The notes beneath the pieces are model-generated. The model saw nothing but the letters and a program-made list of their open reading frames with translations, was not told where the DNA came from and searched no databases. Positions 53,237-62,884 of a DNA stretch of 64,000 bases are shown piece after piece. The DNA comes from Acidobacteriaceae bacterium (GTDB taxonomy: Bacteria > Acidobacteriota > Terriglobia > Bryobacterales > Bryobacteraceae): assembly GCA_019240405.1 (NCBI GenBank), contig JAFAYL010000023.1, positions 34,498-98,497 on the forward strand, read 5' to 3'. A program made the position numbers and the translations under genes. The first letter of the stretch is position 1. Each line of letters begins with the position of its first letter.

Positions 53237-54182
53237 ACTAGTGAAATCTATCCCGATTCCGGGCGAGGGCGGTTGGGACTATCTAACTGCAGACTCGGAG
53301 AATCGTCGACTCTACGTCTCCCATGCAACGCAGGTGGATGTTGTCGACCTTGATTCAGGAAAGCTGCTCGACAAGATTCCGAATACAAACGGTGTTCATG
53401 GAATCGCTGTTGCTAATGATCTACACCGCGGATTTGTCAGTGATGGACGCGATAATCAGGTCACAATTTTCGACTTAAAGAATTTGTCGGTGATTGCAAC
53501 TGTCAAAGCCGGGACGAACCCGGACGGCATCGTCTATGATCCGTTCAGCCAGCGTGTATTTGCATTCAACGGCCGCAGCAAAGATGTGACGGCGATTGAT
53601 GCCGCGACAGGAAACGTTTCAGGAACATTGCCCCTCGGAGGGAAACCCGAGTTTCCCGTAACAGACAGTCAGGGCAACGTATACGCAAATATCGAGGACA
53701 CGAGCGAAATTGTTCACATCGATCCGAAAGGACTCGCAATTAAGAACCGTTGGTCCCTGGCGCCGTGCGATTCACCTTCGGGACTCGCGATTGACGCAAA
53801 AAATCAGCGGCTCTTCTCAGTGTGTGACAACAAAATAATGGCAGTGTCGGATGCAGGCAGCGGGAAAGTGATTACGACTGTGCCGATTGGTGAAGGTCCC
53901 GACGCTGCAGGATTCGATCCGGAAACAAAGCTCGTATTTTCATCTAACGGGCACGATGGAACACTTACGATCGTGAAGCAGGAATCGCCGGATAAGTACT
54001 CCGTTGTCCAGACCGTGAAGACGCAGCGTGGAGCGCGAACCATGGCGATCGACCTAAAGACTCACCATGTTTATCTCGCAGATGCCGAGTTTGGACCCGC
54101 CCCCGCGGCAACGGCGGACAATCCACACCCAAGGCCAAAGATCCAGCCGGGGACGTTCAAGCTCCTGGTTGTGTCTGAGTAG
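53166..54182 (+). CDS. YVTN-family beta-propeller repeat protein, secreted
   Basis: Signal MTHVRTALPALLITSALFAAA. At least five repeats of the form G..P.GIA.D.....fV......V..iD (for example GVHGIAVANDLHRGFVSDGRDNQVTIFD). Confidence 0.75.
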   Translation: MTHVRTALPALLITSALFAAASYKLVKSIPIPGEGGWDYLTADSENRRLYVSHATQVDVVDLDSGKLLDKIPNTNGVHGIAVANDLHRGFVSDGRDNQVTIFDLKNLSVIATVKAGTNPDGIVYDPFSQRVFAFNGRSKDVTAIDAATGNVSGTLPLGGKPEFPVTDSQGNVYANIEDTSEIVHIDPKGLAIKNRWSLAPCDSPSGLAIDAKNQRLFSVCDNKIMAVSDAGSGKVITTVPIGEGPDAAGFDPETKLVFSSNGHDGTLTIVKQESPDKYSVVQTVKTQRGARTMAIDLKTHHVYLADAEFGPAPAATADNPHPRPKIQPGTFKLLVVSE

Positions 54183-54799
54183 TGAAGCAGAACGCTTTAA
54201 TGTTGCGGTTGCCGCCGAGATTTCTGGTGATGGTATTGCTGAGTGTCAGCGGAACGGTGTTTTCCGCAGCAGCACAGCAATCGCCCGAAACCCCGGCTAA
54301 GCCTAATTTTTCGGGCCGCTGGCGCATGGTGAAAGACAAGAGTGATTTCGCTACGTTCAAGATGCCCGATATCATCGTTCGCGTCGTCGAGCATCGCGAC
54401 CCAACTCTTAACGTCCACACAGTCCAGACTACCGGCACGAAAACGTCGATTGCCGATGTGAGCTACACGACCGATGGGTCGGAAAGCAGCAATGTTATTA
54501 ATGGCCGCCCAGCGGTGAGCAAAACGTTCTGGGACGGCGCAGCACTCATGATTCGGACCCAGATGAAAGATTCTAAGGGCGAAGATGAAGTAATCGAAGA
54601 CCGCTGGGAAATCACCGATGATCAGCAGATCCTGACGGTGTCGAGCCATATCACGACGCCACGCGGACAAGTGGATCTCAAGTTAGTATGTGAACGGAGA
54701 AGGTGGGTGGCTAAAATCGGCTCTTTTTCGAATCGGCAAGGACCCATTTCGCGGCCCAATAACCGCACATCCCATGCACACTCGCCCCCGGAGGCGTAG
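54182..54799 (+). CDS. hypothetical secreted protein (lipocalin-like size and pattern)
   Basis: GTG start overlapping the preceding stop (TAGTG). Signal peptide and a beta-rich body. The last ~30 codons overlap the convergent oxidoreductase gene. Confidence 0.5.
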   Translation: MKQNALMLRLPPRFLVMVLLSVSGTVFSAAAQQSPETPAKPNFSGRWRMVKDKSDFATFKMPDIIVRVVEHRDPTLNVHTVQTTGTKTSIADVSYTTDGSESSNVINGRPAVSKTFWDGAALMIRTQMKDSKGEDEVIEDRWEITDDQQILTVSSHITTPRGQVDLKLVCERRRWVAKIGSFSNRQGPISRPNNRTSHAHSPPEA

Positions 54800-56135
54800 A
54801 GGATGAGCACAAGTAGACGCCCTTAAGCGGCGTTCGGTATTGACGCCAAGTCGGCCTGAAAAAGAACTGCCGGAAAGTTGGCGCTCCTCCTGCGATATCC
54901 CCGCCGATTAAGTTTTCATTCGATTCCTCCATTTGTTTCGTATTGCGGGTTGCGGTTGCTAGTACGCAATCGCGGAATCCGGGGGCGAAGCGCTCGACCT
55001 GTGCTTCGATGTCGGGCAGCGCGCAATCGGGCCAGCCATTGGGCACATGGCAATAAGCCCACGCCGTGTGGTGTCCCGCAGGAGCGCGGCTCGGATCGAA
55101 CAAGCTCGGCTGACAAAGCAGAACGAAAGGTCTATGGGGTGGGCGCCCTTCCCAGGCGTCGCATTCCGAACGGGCGATCTCCTCAAGTGAACCTCCGAGG
55201 TGTATCGTTGCCGCGCGCCGGCATTCCTTCGCCTTCCATGGAATCGGTTCCCTCAATGCCCAATCGACCTTAAAAACGCCAGGGCCGTACTGATATCGCT
55301 CGAGCGAACGGCGGAATCCGTTCGGTAACCGGCCACGAGCCAAAGCCAGCAATTGCCGAGGAGTGACATCGCACAAAGTTGCGTCTTGGCCGCCAAGCTC
55401 ATCGAGGCTGCCCACGCGGGATCCCGTAACAATTCGTCCACCGAGCGAATTCAGCACGCTGCTGAGCGCGTTCGCGATATTTTGTGTGCCTCCTCGAGGA
55501 ATAGGCCATCCAACCGCGTGTGCGGATGCGCCCATAATCAATCCAAAGGCTGAACTCAAAGGAGCTTCGAGTTTCAGAATCGAGTGCGCTGCCACGCCAG
55601 CCCACAGCGCACGTGCTCTGAGGTCGCGAAAGTGGTTATTGGCGATGCGGGTAGCGGGTTGAATCGCGCCTAGACCAAAATGCGCTAATAGAAACGGGTG
55701 TTTCGGCACATAAGGTTGCGGTCGCAGGATCTCTTGAACAAGCGTCCGCCATTTCTTAACCAGAGACTTGAAGAGTGCTTTATAACTTGTTGAATCTTGT
55801 AGAAATTGTCGCGTGGTCTCGTCTAGACGCCGTTCCAGTGTGATAGCTGTCCCATCGTCGAGAGGATGAGCAAGGGCGGCGGGTGACCAGACCCAATTGA
55901 GTCCATGCGTCTGTAACTGGAGCTTAGAGAAAAAAGGCGAACTGAAGGCCATCGGATGGACTGCAGAGCAGACGTCGTGAACGAAGCCGGGCAATGTGAG
56001 TTCCGCTGAGCGAATGCCCCCGCCAATGCTTAATGAAGCTTCGCGAACCACAACATCCCAGCCGGCTTGCGCAAGGACTATGGCCGCCGAAAGCCCGTTG
56101 GGTCCACTTCCGATTACCGTAGCCGCACGCTTCAT
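54711..56135 (-). CDS. phytoene-desaturase-family NAD(P)/FAD-dependent oxidoreductase (second paralogue)
   Basis: ATVIGSGPNGLSAAIVLAQAGWDVVVREASLSIGGG dinucleotide fold and C-terminal PPGASVHGMCGYWAA. Confidence 0.75.
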   Translation of the reverse strand: MKRAATVIGSGPNGLSAAIVLAQAGWDVVVREASLSIGGGIRSAELTLPGFVHDVCSAVHPMAFSSPFFSKLQLQTHGLNWVWSPAALAHPLDDGTAITLERRLDETTRQFLQDSTSYKALFKSLVKKWRTLVQEILRPQPYVPKHPFLLAHFGLGAIQPATRIANNHFRDLRARALWAGVAAHSILKLEAPLSSAFGLIMGASAHAVGWPIPRGGTQNIANALSSVLNSLGGRIVTGSRVGSLDELGGQDATLCDVTPRQLLALARGRLPNGFRRSLERYQYGPGVFKVDWALREPIPWKAKECRRAATIHLGGSLEEIARSECDAWEGRPPHRPFVLLCQPSLFDPSRAPAGHHTAWAYCHVPNGWPDCALPDIEAQVERFAPGFRDCVLATATRNTKQMEESNENLIGGDIAGGAPTFRQFFFRPTWRQYRTPLKGVYLCSSSTPPGASVHGMCGYWAAKWVLADSKKSRF

Positions 56136-56182
56136 ACGTTCGATTATGGATGACCGTAATAGACTGGATCGGGAGAAAAATC

Positions 56183-56626
56183 ATGACCAGCAATGTGAAA
56201 TATATCCCCGACGGATATCAGGCCGTTATTCCTTACCTGGTGGTTGAGGATGTGGCTGAGCTCGTGGATTTCATAACGCGCGTTTTCGACGGAAAAGAGG
56301 GTCACCGCTCCATGCGGCCGGACGGGACGATCATGCACACCGAGGTGAGGATCGGAGATTCAGTGGTGATGATGGGAGGCGCTAACCAACAGTGGAAAGC
56401 AATGCCCGCCGGGCTGTATATCTACGTTCCCGACACGGATGCCGCATACAAGCGAGCGCTCGAAGCTGGCGCGACATCTGTCATGGAACCGGCGAATCAG
56501 TTTTACGGCGATCGGAACGCGGGCGTGAAGGACTACGCCGGCAATTACTGGTGGATTGGAACTCACATAGAAGATGTTTCGCCGGAGGAAATCGAGAAGC
56601 GCTACGCGGCAAGCGGAAGGCGCTAG
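56183..56626 (+). CDS. VOC (glyoxalase/bleomycin-resistance, PhnB-like) family protein
   Basis: AVIPYLVVEDVAELVDFITRVF...HTEVRIGDSVVMM...FYGDRNAGVKDYAGNYWWI. Confidence 0.75.
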   Translation: MTSNVKYIPDGYQAVIPYLVVEDVAELVDFITRVFDGKEGHRSMRPDGTIMHTEVRIGDSVVMMGGANQQWKAMPAGLYIYVPDTDAAYKRALEAGATSVMEPANQFYGDRNAGVKDYAGNYWWIGTHIEDVSPEEIEKRYAASGRR

Positions 56627-57075
56627 TGGGGCCGGCCGTGCTCGTCAACGAACTGTAGCAGTGTTTCCGGCTTGACACGCAGTTCGATAAAAGTCGCGTC
56701 TTCTCCGTCAAGAGTCGCTAGCAACAGATGAAGATCTCTTGGGTTGGAGGACTGAGCGTATATATTCGTCGATTCTCCGGCGCGGGAACGCACTCTGACA
56801 ATCGGGCGCCATGCGGATCCGACAACCGTATCGATCAAGTGACTGAAAGCCTCGGATTTCAGGTCCACATTCTCAAAAACGGCAAGGTGTAATTGAGTGG
56901 CTCCCGCTGGATGCGCTACTGCAACTGCGAAACGTGCGACGCCAAACATTGGAATGTGGATGGGTTTGGCGGCGCTTTGTCGAGAGAACTCACGAACAAC
57001 CCAATCGAACTCGCTCGCCTGTGATGCTACCCCGAATGCCACGGCAAAGCTGAAAACCGCAATTAGGCGGCGCAT
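56623..57075 (-). CDS. hypothetical secreted protein, last gene of the ECF/DUF4252 module
   Basis: Signal MRRLIAVFSFAVAFGVASQA, 2 nt after the DUF4252 gene. No confident family call. Confidence 0.5.
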   Translation of the reverse strand: MRRLIAVFSFAVAFGVASQASEFDWVVREFSRQSAAKPIHIPMFGVARFAVAVAHPAGATQLHLAVFENVDLKSEAFSHLIDTVVGSAWRPIVRVRSRAGESTNIYAQSSNPRDLHLLLATLDGEDATFIELRVKPETLLQFVDEHGRPH

Positions 57076-57077
57076 AG

Positions 57078-57653
57078 TTATTCCTCGTGCTTGTCCTCAT
57101 CGCTGGACTTGGATTTCGAACCACCCGATTTGCCCGGCTTGGACTTGTCTAGTTTGGGAATTCCCATGTGACCGCCCAATTCGCTCAGTTCTTCCGGATC
57201 GATCGGACCGTCTATATGCACGATGGTCAGTTCCTTTGGTTCCGCGCAAATTACTACGAGACCGCCAAGCTGATCCCCGTTTTTCTTCAAATAAACTTCG
57301 GAGTTCTCACCCTGAACTGATTTAACGCCCACAATGCGCGCCCAGTCCGGGGTCCTCAGTTGCGAGCGGATCGCCTCAACGTCGCTTTTCGAATACTGGC
57401 CGTCTTTATCAAATTCGAAGCTGCGGACGTAGACGCCCTTCAGTTTTGAGACCAGCTTTTTCACCTTTGCTTCATCCGGATCATCTTTAGATAGAAATCG
57501 GCTCGCGAGCTGAAGCATAGATGTATCGAGGGTCACGTCGACTGTTTCGGTCGCGTGCTCCGCGAGCTTGTCGAGATTTACTGGCATTTTGATATCTTGC
57601 GCAAGCAGCGGACAGAACGCCGCGATGGCTAGCATGGATAATTTCCACGTCAT
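57078..57653 (-). CDS. DUF4252-like secreted protein
   Basis: Start moved to ATG 57653 (MTWKLSMLAIAAFCPLLAQD). The track's Arg-rich 73-aa extension overlaps the anti-sigma gene. The pattern VDVTLDTSMLQLASRFL...LKGVYVRSFEF...LVVICAEPKELTIVHIDG resembles DUF4252. Confidence 0.6.
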   Translation of the reverse strand: MTWKLSMLAIAAFCPLLAQDIKMPVNLDKLAEHATETVDVTLDTSMLQLASRFLSKDDPDEAKVKKLVSKLKGVYVRSFEFDKDGQYSKSDVEAIRSQLRTPDWARIVGVKSVQGENSEVYLKKNGDQLGGLVVICAEPKELTIVHIDGPIDPEELSELGGHMGIPKLDKSKPGKSGGSKSKSSDEDKHEE

Positions 57654-57988
57654 TGATTTACTCTCCCGAATTGAATTTTCATGACCTGCTGCTGTGTTTT
57701 TTGCAACTTCGAGCCTGCGATTCGCACTGCGACCAGGAGTTTTTCTTTTGCTGCTTCTCCTTCTGTGGCACGCTGATGTTCGCGATAGAACGCTGCGCCG
57801 CCTACTAGCAACAGCGCGGCCATGACCGGCACTAAACGCGGTGTCCAAGCGCGTCCGGACAGCCACTGCCAACCGACTGCCAAAACGCTTTCCTGTCTCT
57901 TTGCTCTTTCCATAACGCGGGCGGCAAAGTTTGGCGGTGGTTCCTTGCGGGTGAGAGCTTGCCGTAGCTGATCTTCAAACGATGTCAT
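57650..57988 (-). CDS. putative single-pass anti-sigma factor
   Basis: ATGA overlaps on both sides, a short cytoplasmic N-terminus, the TM helix LVPVMAALLLVGGAAFY, and a position directly after the ECF sigma gene. Confidence 0.55.
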   Translation of the reverse strand: MTSFEDQLRQALTRKEPPPNFAARVMERAKRQESVLAVGWQWLSGRAWTPRLVPVMAALLLVGGAAFYREHQRATEGEAAKEKLLVAVRIAGSKLQKTQQQVMKIQFGRVNQ

Positions 57989-58533
57989 GTGCTCTCACTC
58001 CATTCGGGATGCAGCCTGTGAGCAGTCTTGGCTCTCAGAAGGTCCAGCGCCCGCGATAGTTGCGTCTTCACCGTGTTAACGTTCATGTCCAGAATCCTGG
58101 CAATTTCTTCAGGCTCCATCCCCTCCTGATAACGAAGCACCACCAATATGCGCTGTTTTTCCGGAAGCGATCCAACCATTCGCTCAAGATATGACGAAAG
58201 CAGAGTATCCTGCACGCGCTCGAGTGCTGTGGGCTCGGCGATCTCTTCTAAACCGGTCTCGCGATGCGCTTTCCGCCTTCGCACTACGTCGATGCATCGT
58301 CGGCTGGCCACTTTCCGCAACCAGAACATGATGTGCTGGGCTGATTGCATCGACCGCCAGCTTCGATGCAGCTCAAGAAACACATCCTGGGCTATCTCTT
58401 CGGCGGCGGCACGATCGCGTAGAAAATGCCAGGCAATGCTATACACCATCGCTTTGTTTGCCTCTAAAGCATCGCAGAAAACGGGAAGACTTGTTTCGCA
58501 TTGGGCTGAAGCCGATGTTGTGAGCGCTACCAA
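57985..58533 (-). CDS. ECF-type RNA polymerase sigma factor
   Basis: Region 2 (AEEIAQDVFLELHRSW) and region 4 (EPEEIARILDMNVNTVKTQLSRAL). The track TTG start at 58629 sits inside the upstream terminator T-tract. The TTG at 58533, preceded by GGACGAGGA, is more plausible. Start is uncertain. Confidence 0.75.
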   Translation of the reverse strand: MVALTTSASAQCETSLPVFCDALEANKAMVYSIAWHFLRDRAAAEEIAQDVFLELHRSWRSMQSAQHIMFWLRKVASRRCIDVVRRRKAHRETGLEEIAEPTALERVQDTLLSSYLERMVGSLPEKQRILVVLRYQEGMEPEEIARILDMNVNTVKTQLSRALDLLRAKTAHRLHPEWSEST

Positions 58534-58624
58534 GAGTCCTCGTCCCGCGTTTCGCCTTTCAAATGACTGATACGCAACTTGGGCCTGAATCGACTCGAAA
58601 AATAGTACGGCCTTGGCGGGCGAG

Positions 58625-58664
58625 TTCAAAAAAAGAAAAGCGGCGGTACGTTAAACCGCCGCTT
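58625..58664 (-). terminator. Rho-independent terminator of the TIGR03118-like gene
   Basis: Minus strand reads AAGCGGCGG-TTTAACGTA-CCGCCGCTT followed by TTCTTTTTTTG: a 9-bp GC-rich stem, 9-nt loop and T-tract. It starts 22 nt after the stop at 58687. Confidence 0.8.
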
Positions 58665-58686
58665 CTTGAATCGTTTCTCGGTAAGG

Positions 58687-59766
58687 CTATTGTTCGTCGT
58701 CTTCGTTTAGCTCGGTAGAGATTGGCTTTAGGGTTCCAAGCAGGCCGGTTGGGCCACCCCCGGCCGTGAAGTAAAGGCTGTCGGCCGCACCGGAGCTGCT
58801 ATTACCATGACCGAACGTGAGCGTCCACAGTCCCGGGATTTCCACGAGCGCCCCTTTCGGCGTCAGCATGTTTCCCAAGAATTGGCCGTTCACTGAATTG
58901 TACGCGGCGATCGTACCGGTACCGAGGAAATCGCCAACCAATAATGCGTGGCTAAACTCTCCAAAATCCGCAGGTGCAAGCACAACGCCCCACGGCGCAT
59001 TTAGCCAGCTTCCATGTTGTAGTCTCTGTAGTAGGGTTCCCTGCGGACTGTACACATCGACAAAACCAAGTCCGGCTCCGTCGACGGGAAATGTTTTTGT
59101 CGAATTCTGCTTAGCATAGGTCACGTACAGGTTCGGTCCGATGCCCTGAATGTTGAACGGAGCGAAATCCTGAGGAATAGTCGCATCAATAAAAGCATTC
59201 TTGGAGAGAGTCACCGGTTTAAAGCTGCTGTTGTACACCTCGACCTTTCCGGTATGAAAATTGGCAACATAAATCATTTCGTTTTCGCCAATTTCTCCGA
59301 TTGTCGCTCCGGTATAAACCGCCCCTTTAGATGAATTGTTCACTTTGATCACTGCGCTACTCGCGCTTACTCCGGGGTTCCAACCGGAAACGGTGCCGTC
59401 TAGAGTCACATAGATAAAGAAGGCCGGATTGCCGGGAGAGAGCAGAAAATCTGTCGATTTTCCATTGAACATAATCCCGGTGGGATGTCCGGTCCCCTTG
59501 CCCGATCCAGAAGGAACCTTCACCACCAAGCTCTGAATATGGCCAGCGCCATCGTACAAAGTGGAAAGGCCATCATTTTCATCGGAAACCCACCACGGGC
59601 CACCTGAGCTGGCAACCAAGCCCCAAGGGTTCTGAAGATTAGGATCCTTTGCGTCCGTAACCAGATCGGTTTGTGTATAGTGCTGGGCGAAGCCCAGCGT
59701 CGAAAGCGCGAGCGCGCAGAGTCCGATTTTGAGTACTCTCAGACGCGCTCCACATAATTTGGCCAT
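58687..59766 (-). CDS. secreted beta-propeller protein, TIGR03118-like
   Basis: Signal peptide. LVTDAKDPNLQNPWGLVASSGGPWWVSDENDGLSTLYDG and repeated propeller-like blades. AAAAGGAGC RBS. The family call is from memory of the TIGR03118 pattern. Confidence 0.55.
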   Translation of the reverse strand: MAKLCGARLRVLKIGLCALALSTLGFAQHYTQTDLVTDAKDPNLQNPWGLVASSGGPWWVSDENDGLSTLYDGAGHIQSLVVKVPSGSGKGTGHPTGIMFNGKSTDFLLSPGNPAFFIYVTLDGTVSGWNPGVSASSAVIKVNNSSKGAVYTGATIGEIGENEMIYVANFHTGKVEVYNSSFKPVTLSKNAFIDATIPQDFAPFNIQGIGPNLYVTYAKQNSTKTFPVDGAGLGFVDVYSPQGTLLQRLQHGSWLNAPWGVVLAPADFGEFSHALLVGDFLGTGTIAAYNSVNGQFLGNMLTPKGALVEIPGLWTLTFGHGNSSSGAADSLYFTAGGGPTGLLGTLKPISTELNEDDEQ

Positions 59767-59892
59767 GCATAGCTCCTTTTCATTTCGAGATCGAGTGAAC
59801 TTTCACTCTGCGAGAAGTCTAAGAGGCTTAACGCTACCCTGTCGTAAACGACTTGTAAAAAGGTTGTGAGATTTCCAAGATTGCTAGCGCAC

Positions 59893-61110
59893 TTACACTC
59901 GCTCAAGAATCAATGCGATTCCCTGACCAACGCCAACGCACATCGTGCAGAGCGCATAATGCTGGCCCGTTCTTTGTAATTGATAGAGAGCGGTAGTGAC
60001 AAGTCGGGCTCCGCTCGCACCCAACGGGTGACCGAGAGCAATCGCGCCGCCGTTTGGGTTCACGTGATCGGCATGTTCGGGTAGCCCGAGCTCTCTCAAA
60101 ACGGCTACCGCTTGAGAAGCGAACGCCTCGTTCAGCTCAACAACATCCATTTCGCTGAGCTTGAGATTTGCTTTTTCGAGTGCTTTTCGAGTTGCAGGAA
60201 CTGGACCCATGCCCATGATGCGCGGAGGAACGCCTGCCGTAGCCACCCGGACAATTCTCGCCTTCGGGGTGAGCCCGTATTCGTTCGCCGCGGACTCCGA
60301 GGCGATCAAAACAGCACATGCGCCATCGTTAATCCCAGAAGCGTTACCTGCTGTTATCGTGCCTCGCGGCTTCACAACCGGTTCGAGCCGTGCTAAGGCC
60401 TCGGCCGTTGTCCCGGGACGGGGATGCTCGTCTCTCGAAACTGCCATTGCCTTCCCCTTACCTGGCGAGATGGATACCGCAACGATCTCTTCGGCGAGCG
60501 TGCCATTTTCCATTGCGGCCGCGGTCCTTCGCTGGCTTCGTAAAGCAAAGGCGTCCTGATCGGCGCGGCTGATTCCAAACTCTTGAGCGACATTTTCCGC
60601 GGTTTCGGGCATTGAGTCAATTCCGAAACGGCACTCGATCAGGGGATTTACGAAGCGCCAACCGATTGTCGTATCTTCAAGTTTTGTGTTTCGCGAAAAG
60701 GCCGATTCGGATTTTCCGAATACGAATGGAGCGCGGGACATGCTTTCGACTCCTCCCGCAATCATGAGAGAACCTTCGCCGGTTTTGATTGCCCGCGAGG
60801 CGATCGCAATAGCATCCATGCTGGACCCGCAGAGGCGGTTAACTGTGGTTCCCGTTACTTCGACGGGTAGACCAGCTAGGAGTGCCGCCATTCTAGCAAC
60901 GTTGCGGTTATCCTCACCAGCCTGGTTCGCGCAGCCGTAAATCACGTCGTCTACAGCTCCCCAATCTACGTGAGAATTGCGGGCCATCAGCGCTTTGACC
61001 GGGATCGCGGCAAGATCATCCGCGCGAACCGACGCAAGTGCGCCGCCATATCGTCCAAACGGGGTCCGAATCGCGTCGCAAATGTAAGCATGTTGCATGC
61101 TGTTTGTCAT
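59893..61110 (-). CDS. acetyl-CoA C-acyltransferase (3-oxoadipyl-CoA thiolase-like)
   Basis: AYICDAIRTPFGRYGG, the active-site NRLCGSSMDAI, GHPLGASGARL and CVGVGQG. The N-terminal pattern is typical of PcaF/PaaJ. Confidence 0.85.
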   Translation of the reverse strand: MTNSMQHAYICDAIRTPFGRYGGALASVRADDLAAIPVKALMARNSHVDWGAVDDVIYGCANQAGEDNRNVARMAALLAGLPVEVTGTTVNRLCGSSMDAIAIASRAIKTGEGSLMIAGGVESMSRAPFVFGKSESAFSRNTKLEDTTIGWRFVNPLIECRFGIDSMPETAENVAQEFGISRADQDAFALRSQRRTAAAMENGTLAEEIVAVSISPGKGKAMAVSRDEHPRPGTTAEALARLEPVVKPRGTITAGNASGINDGACAVLIASESAANEYGLTPKARIVRVATAGVPPRIMGMGPVPATRKALEKANLKLSEMDVVELNEAFASQAVAVLRELGLPEHADHVNPNGGAIALGHPLGASGARLVTTALYQLQRTGQHYALCTMCVGVGQGIALILERV

Positions 61111-61886
61111 TCTGCGGATGTGCTACCGGCACTCGTCCCGTAAGCAAGCGCTGTTCGGGCGTAAAGGTCCCGAAGCACCACGAGCTCTTCCGAACAAGGC
61201 GGAGAAGTCTCATTCAAATCCCGGCTTACTTTCAAGTCCCATCCCGTTGCTTCGCGCGCTCTTTTCTCGGTAACGCCAGGGTGAAGCGACGAGAGTACAA
61301 GTTCTCGCGTCGTCGAATCTGAAATGAAAATCCCGAGATCTGTGATAACTGTGGTTGACGCGTGCTCGGACCGGTGATCGCCAAAACATCCGCATGAGGT
61401 CACGAAATCGACCTTCTCTACGAATGTTCTGCGACTCTGCTTGAGGATGATGCACACGCGCTTCGCGGCTATTGCAATCTCTGGCGCCCCGCCGGCTCCC
61501 GGCAAGCGTACCTGCGGCTTCTCGTAGGTTCCGCCAATTATCGTCGTGTTAATGTTCCCGAAGCGGTCGATCTGCGCGGCACCGAGAAATCCAACATCAA
61601 TACGGCCGCTCTGAAGCCAATACCTGAAAATCTCAGGAACCGAAACAACGCTATCGGCGGTCTGTGCCAATTCACCGTCGCCAATTGAAAGCGGCAGAAG
61701 ACCGGGCTTCGCGCCAATAGTCCCCGATTCATAGATCAGAACGATGCGAGGCGCCTGCGTGAGACGAGCCAGATTGGCCGCTGCGCTGGGCTTCCCAATC
61801 CCAACGAAGCACACATCACAGTCGCGCAGATGGCGCGCAGCCGCGATCGTCATGATTTCATCTGGCGTGTGTGGTGCGTCAGGCAT
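61107..61886 (-). CDS. CoA-transferase subunit B (glutaconate / 3-oxoadipate CoA-transferase type)
   Basis: IMTIAAARHLRDCDVCFVGIGKPSAAANLAR...GGAPEI. ATGA overlap with the thiolase gene and an 8-nt overlap with subunit A. Confidence 0.75.
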   Translation of the reverse strand: MPDAPHTPDEIMTIAAARHLRDCDVCFVGIGKPSAAANLARLTQAPRIVLIYESGTIGAKPGLLPLSIGDGELAQTADSVVSVPEIFRYWLQSGRIDVGFLGAAQIDRFGNINTTIIGGTYEKPQVRLPGAGGAPEIAIAAKRVCIILKQSRRTFVEKVDFVTSCGCFGDHRSEHASTTVITDLGIFISDSTTRELVLSSLHPGVTEKRAREATGWDLKVSRDLNETSPPCSEELVVLRDLYARTALAYGTSAGSTSAE

Positions 61887-62742
61887 CTATCTTCACTTTT
61901 TCACTTTCCAGGCTACGCATGAATTCTGAAAAATCCGCAGTCGAGAGGACGTGCCGTGTCATCCACGCTCGAAACGAGTCGCGTTCGCGCGAAATGGTAT
62001 CCCAAGCTTTACAGAACGCATTGTCGCGTTGATAGTATCCGTGTGCGTAAGACGGGTGGGCCCCGCCTGGAACCTCGCATACGTAGGTCACGGTCCAATG
62101 CGGCAGCACGCAACTGTTCATCGGCGCTTCGAGATTCTCCACGATTTCTTCCACCGTTACGATGGCTTTCTTTGCAGCCAGCACGGCCTCCTTTTGAATG
62201 CCGATGATGCCGTAAATCAGCACATTGCCTTCGAAATCTGCTTTCTGTGCATGAATAATCGTGAGATCCGGATTCAGGGCGGGCGTTGCGGCTAGCGTTT
62301 CGCCAGTGAACGGGCAAGTGACAGATTTGATTTTCGGATTGAATTTGGGCAGATCGGATCCGACATAGCCACGCACGACAGCAAAAGGCAGCCCGGAAGC
62401 GCCGGCCTGATAACGTGCCGCCATATCGGCGTGACTGTGTTCTTCAATGTGCAGAGGTGCAGGCCAAGCGGATTGGATTGCGTCTCTGAAACGGTGCAGC
62501 GATCCAACGCCCGGGTTTCCGCCCCACGAAAAAACCAGGTTCGAGGCGCAACCCATGCCGATCATCTGGTCATAGATCAGGTCAGGCGTCATGCGAATCA
62601 AGGTAAGGTTCTTTCTTCGTTGCCGGATCACTTCGTGTCCCGCTGCAAATGGGATAAGATGCGTGAAACCTTCCATCGCGAGCACGTCGCCATCATGGAC
62701 TAGATCGGTAATGGCTTCCCGCAAGCTGGTTATCTCAGCCAT
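61879..62742 (-). CDS. CoA-transferase subunit A
   Basis: Start moved to ATG 62742 (MAEITSLREAITDLVHDGDVLAMEGFTHLIPFAAGHE). The track's 96-aa extension is Cys/Arg-rich and antisense to the SRPBCC gene. Confidence 0.75.
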   Translation of the reverse strand: MAEITSLREAITDLVHDGDVLAMEGFTHLIPFAAGHEVIRQRRKNLTLIRMTPDLIYDQMIGMGCASNLVFSWGGNPGVGSLHRFRDAIQSAWPAPLHIEEHSHADMAARYQAGASGLPFAVVRGYVGSDLPKFNPKIKSVTCPFTGETLAATPALNPDLTIIHAQKADFEGNVLIYGIIGIQKEAVLAAKKAIVTVEEIVENLEAPMNSCVLPHWTVTYVCEVPGGAHPSYAHGYYQRDNAFCKAWDTISRERDSFRAWMTRHVLSTADFSEFMRSLESEKVKIDA

Positions 62743-62884
62743 TTCGCAACAATGTAACTCATTTCTGCTTCGGCAAGTGTACCCGGCAGGCCGCATTGAT
62801 TGTCGCCCGCTCTTCGCCCTGGAATTTTTCGGGTATGCGGAAGGGTCACAATGAGCGGAACGAGTCCATCCATCAAGTTGGAGC

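Noticed and set aside
58596-58628. TGAAC-N14-CGTA on the minus strand just after the terminator, considered as an ECF promoter for the second sigma gene.
   Set aside because: The 14-nt spacer is too short for known ECF promoters (16-18 nt). It may be coincidental.
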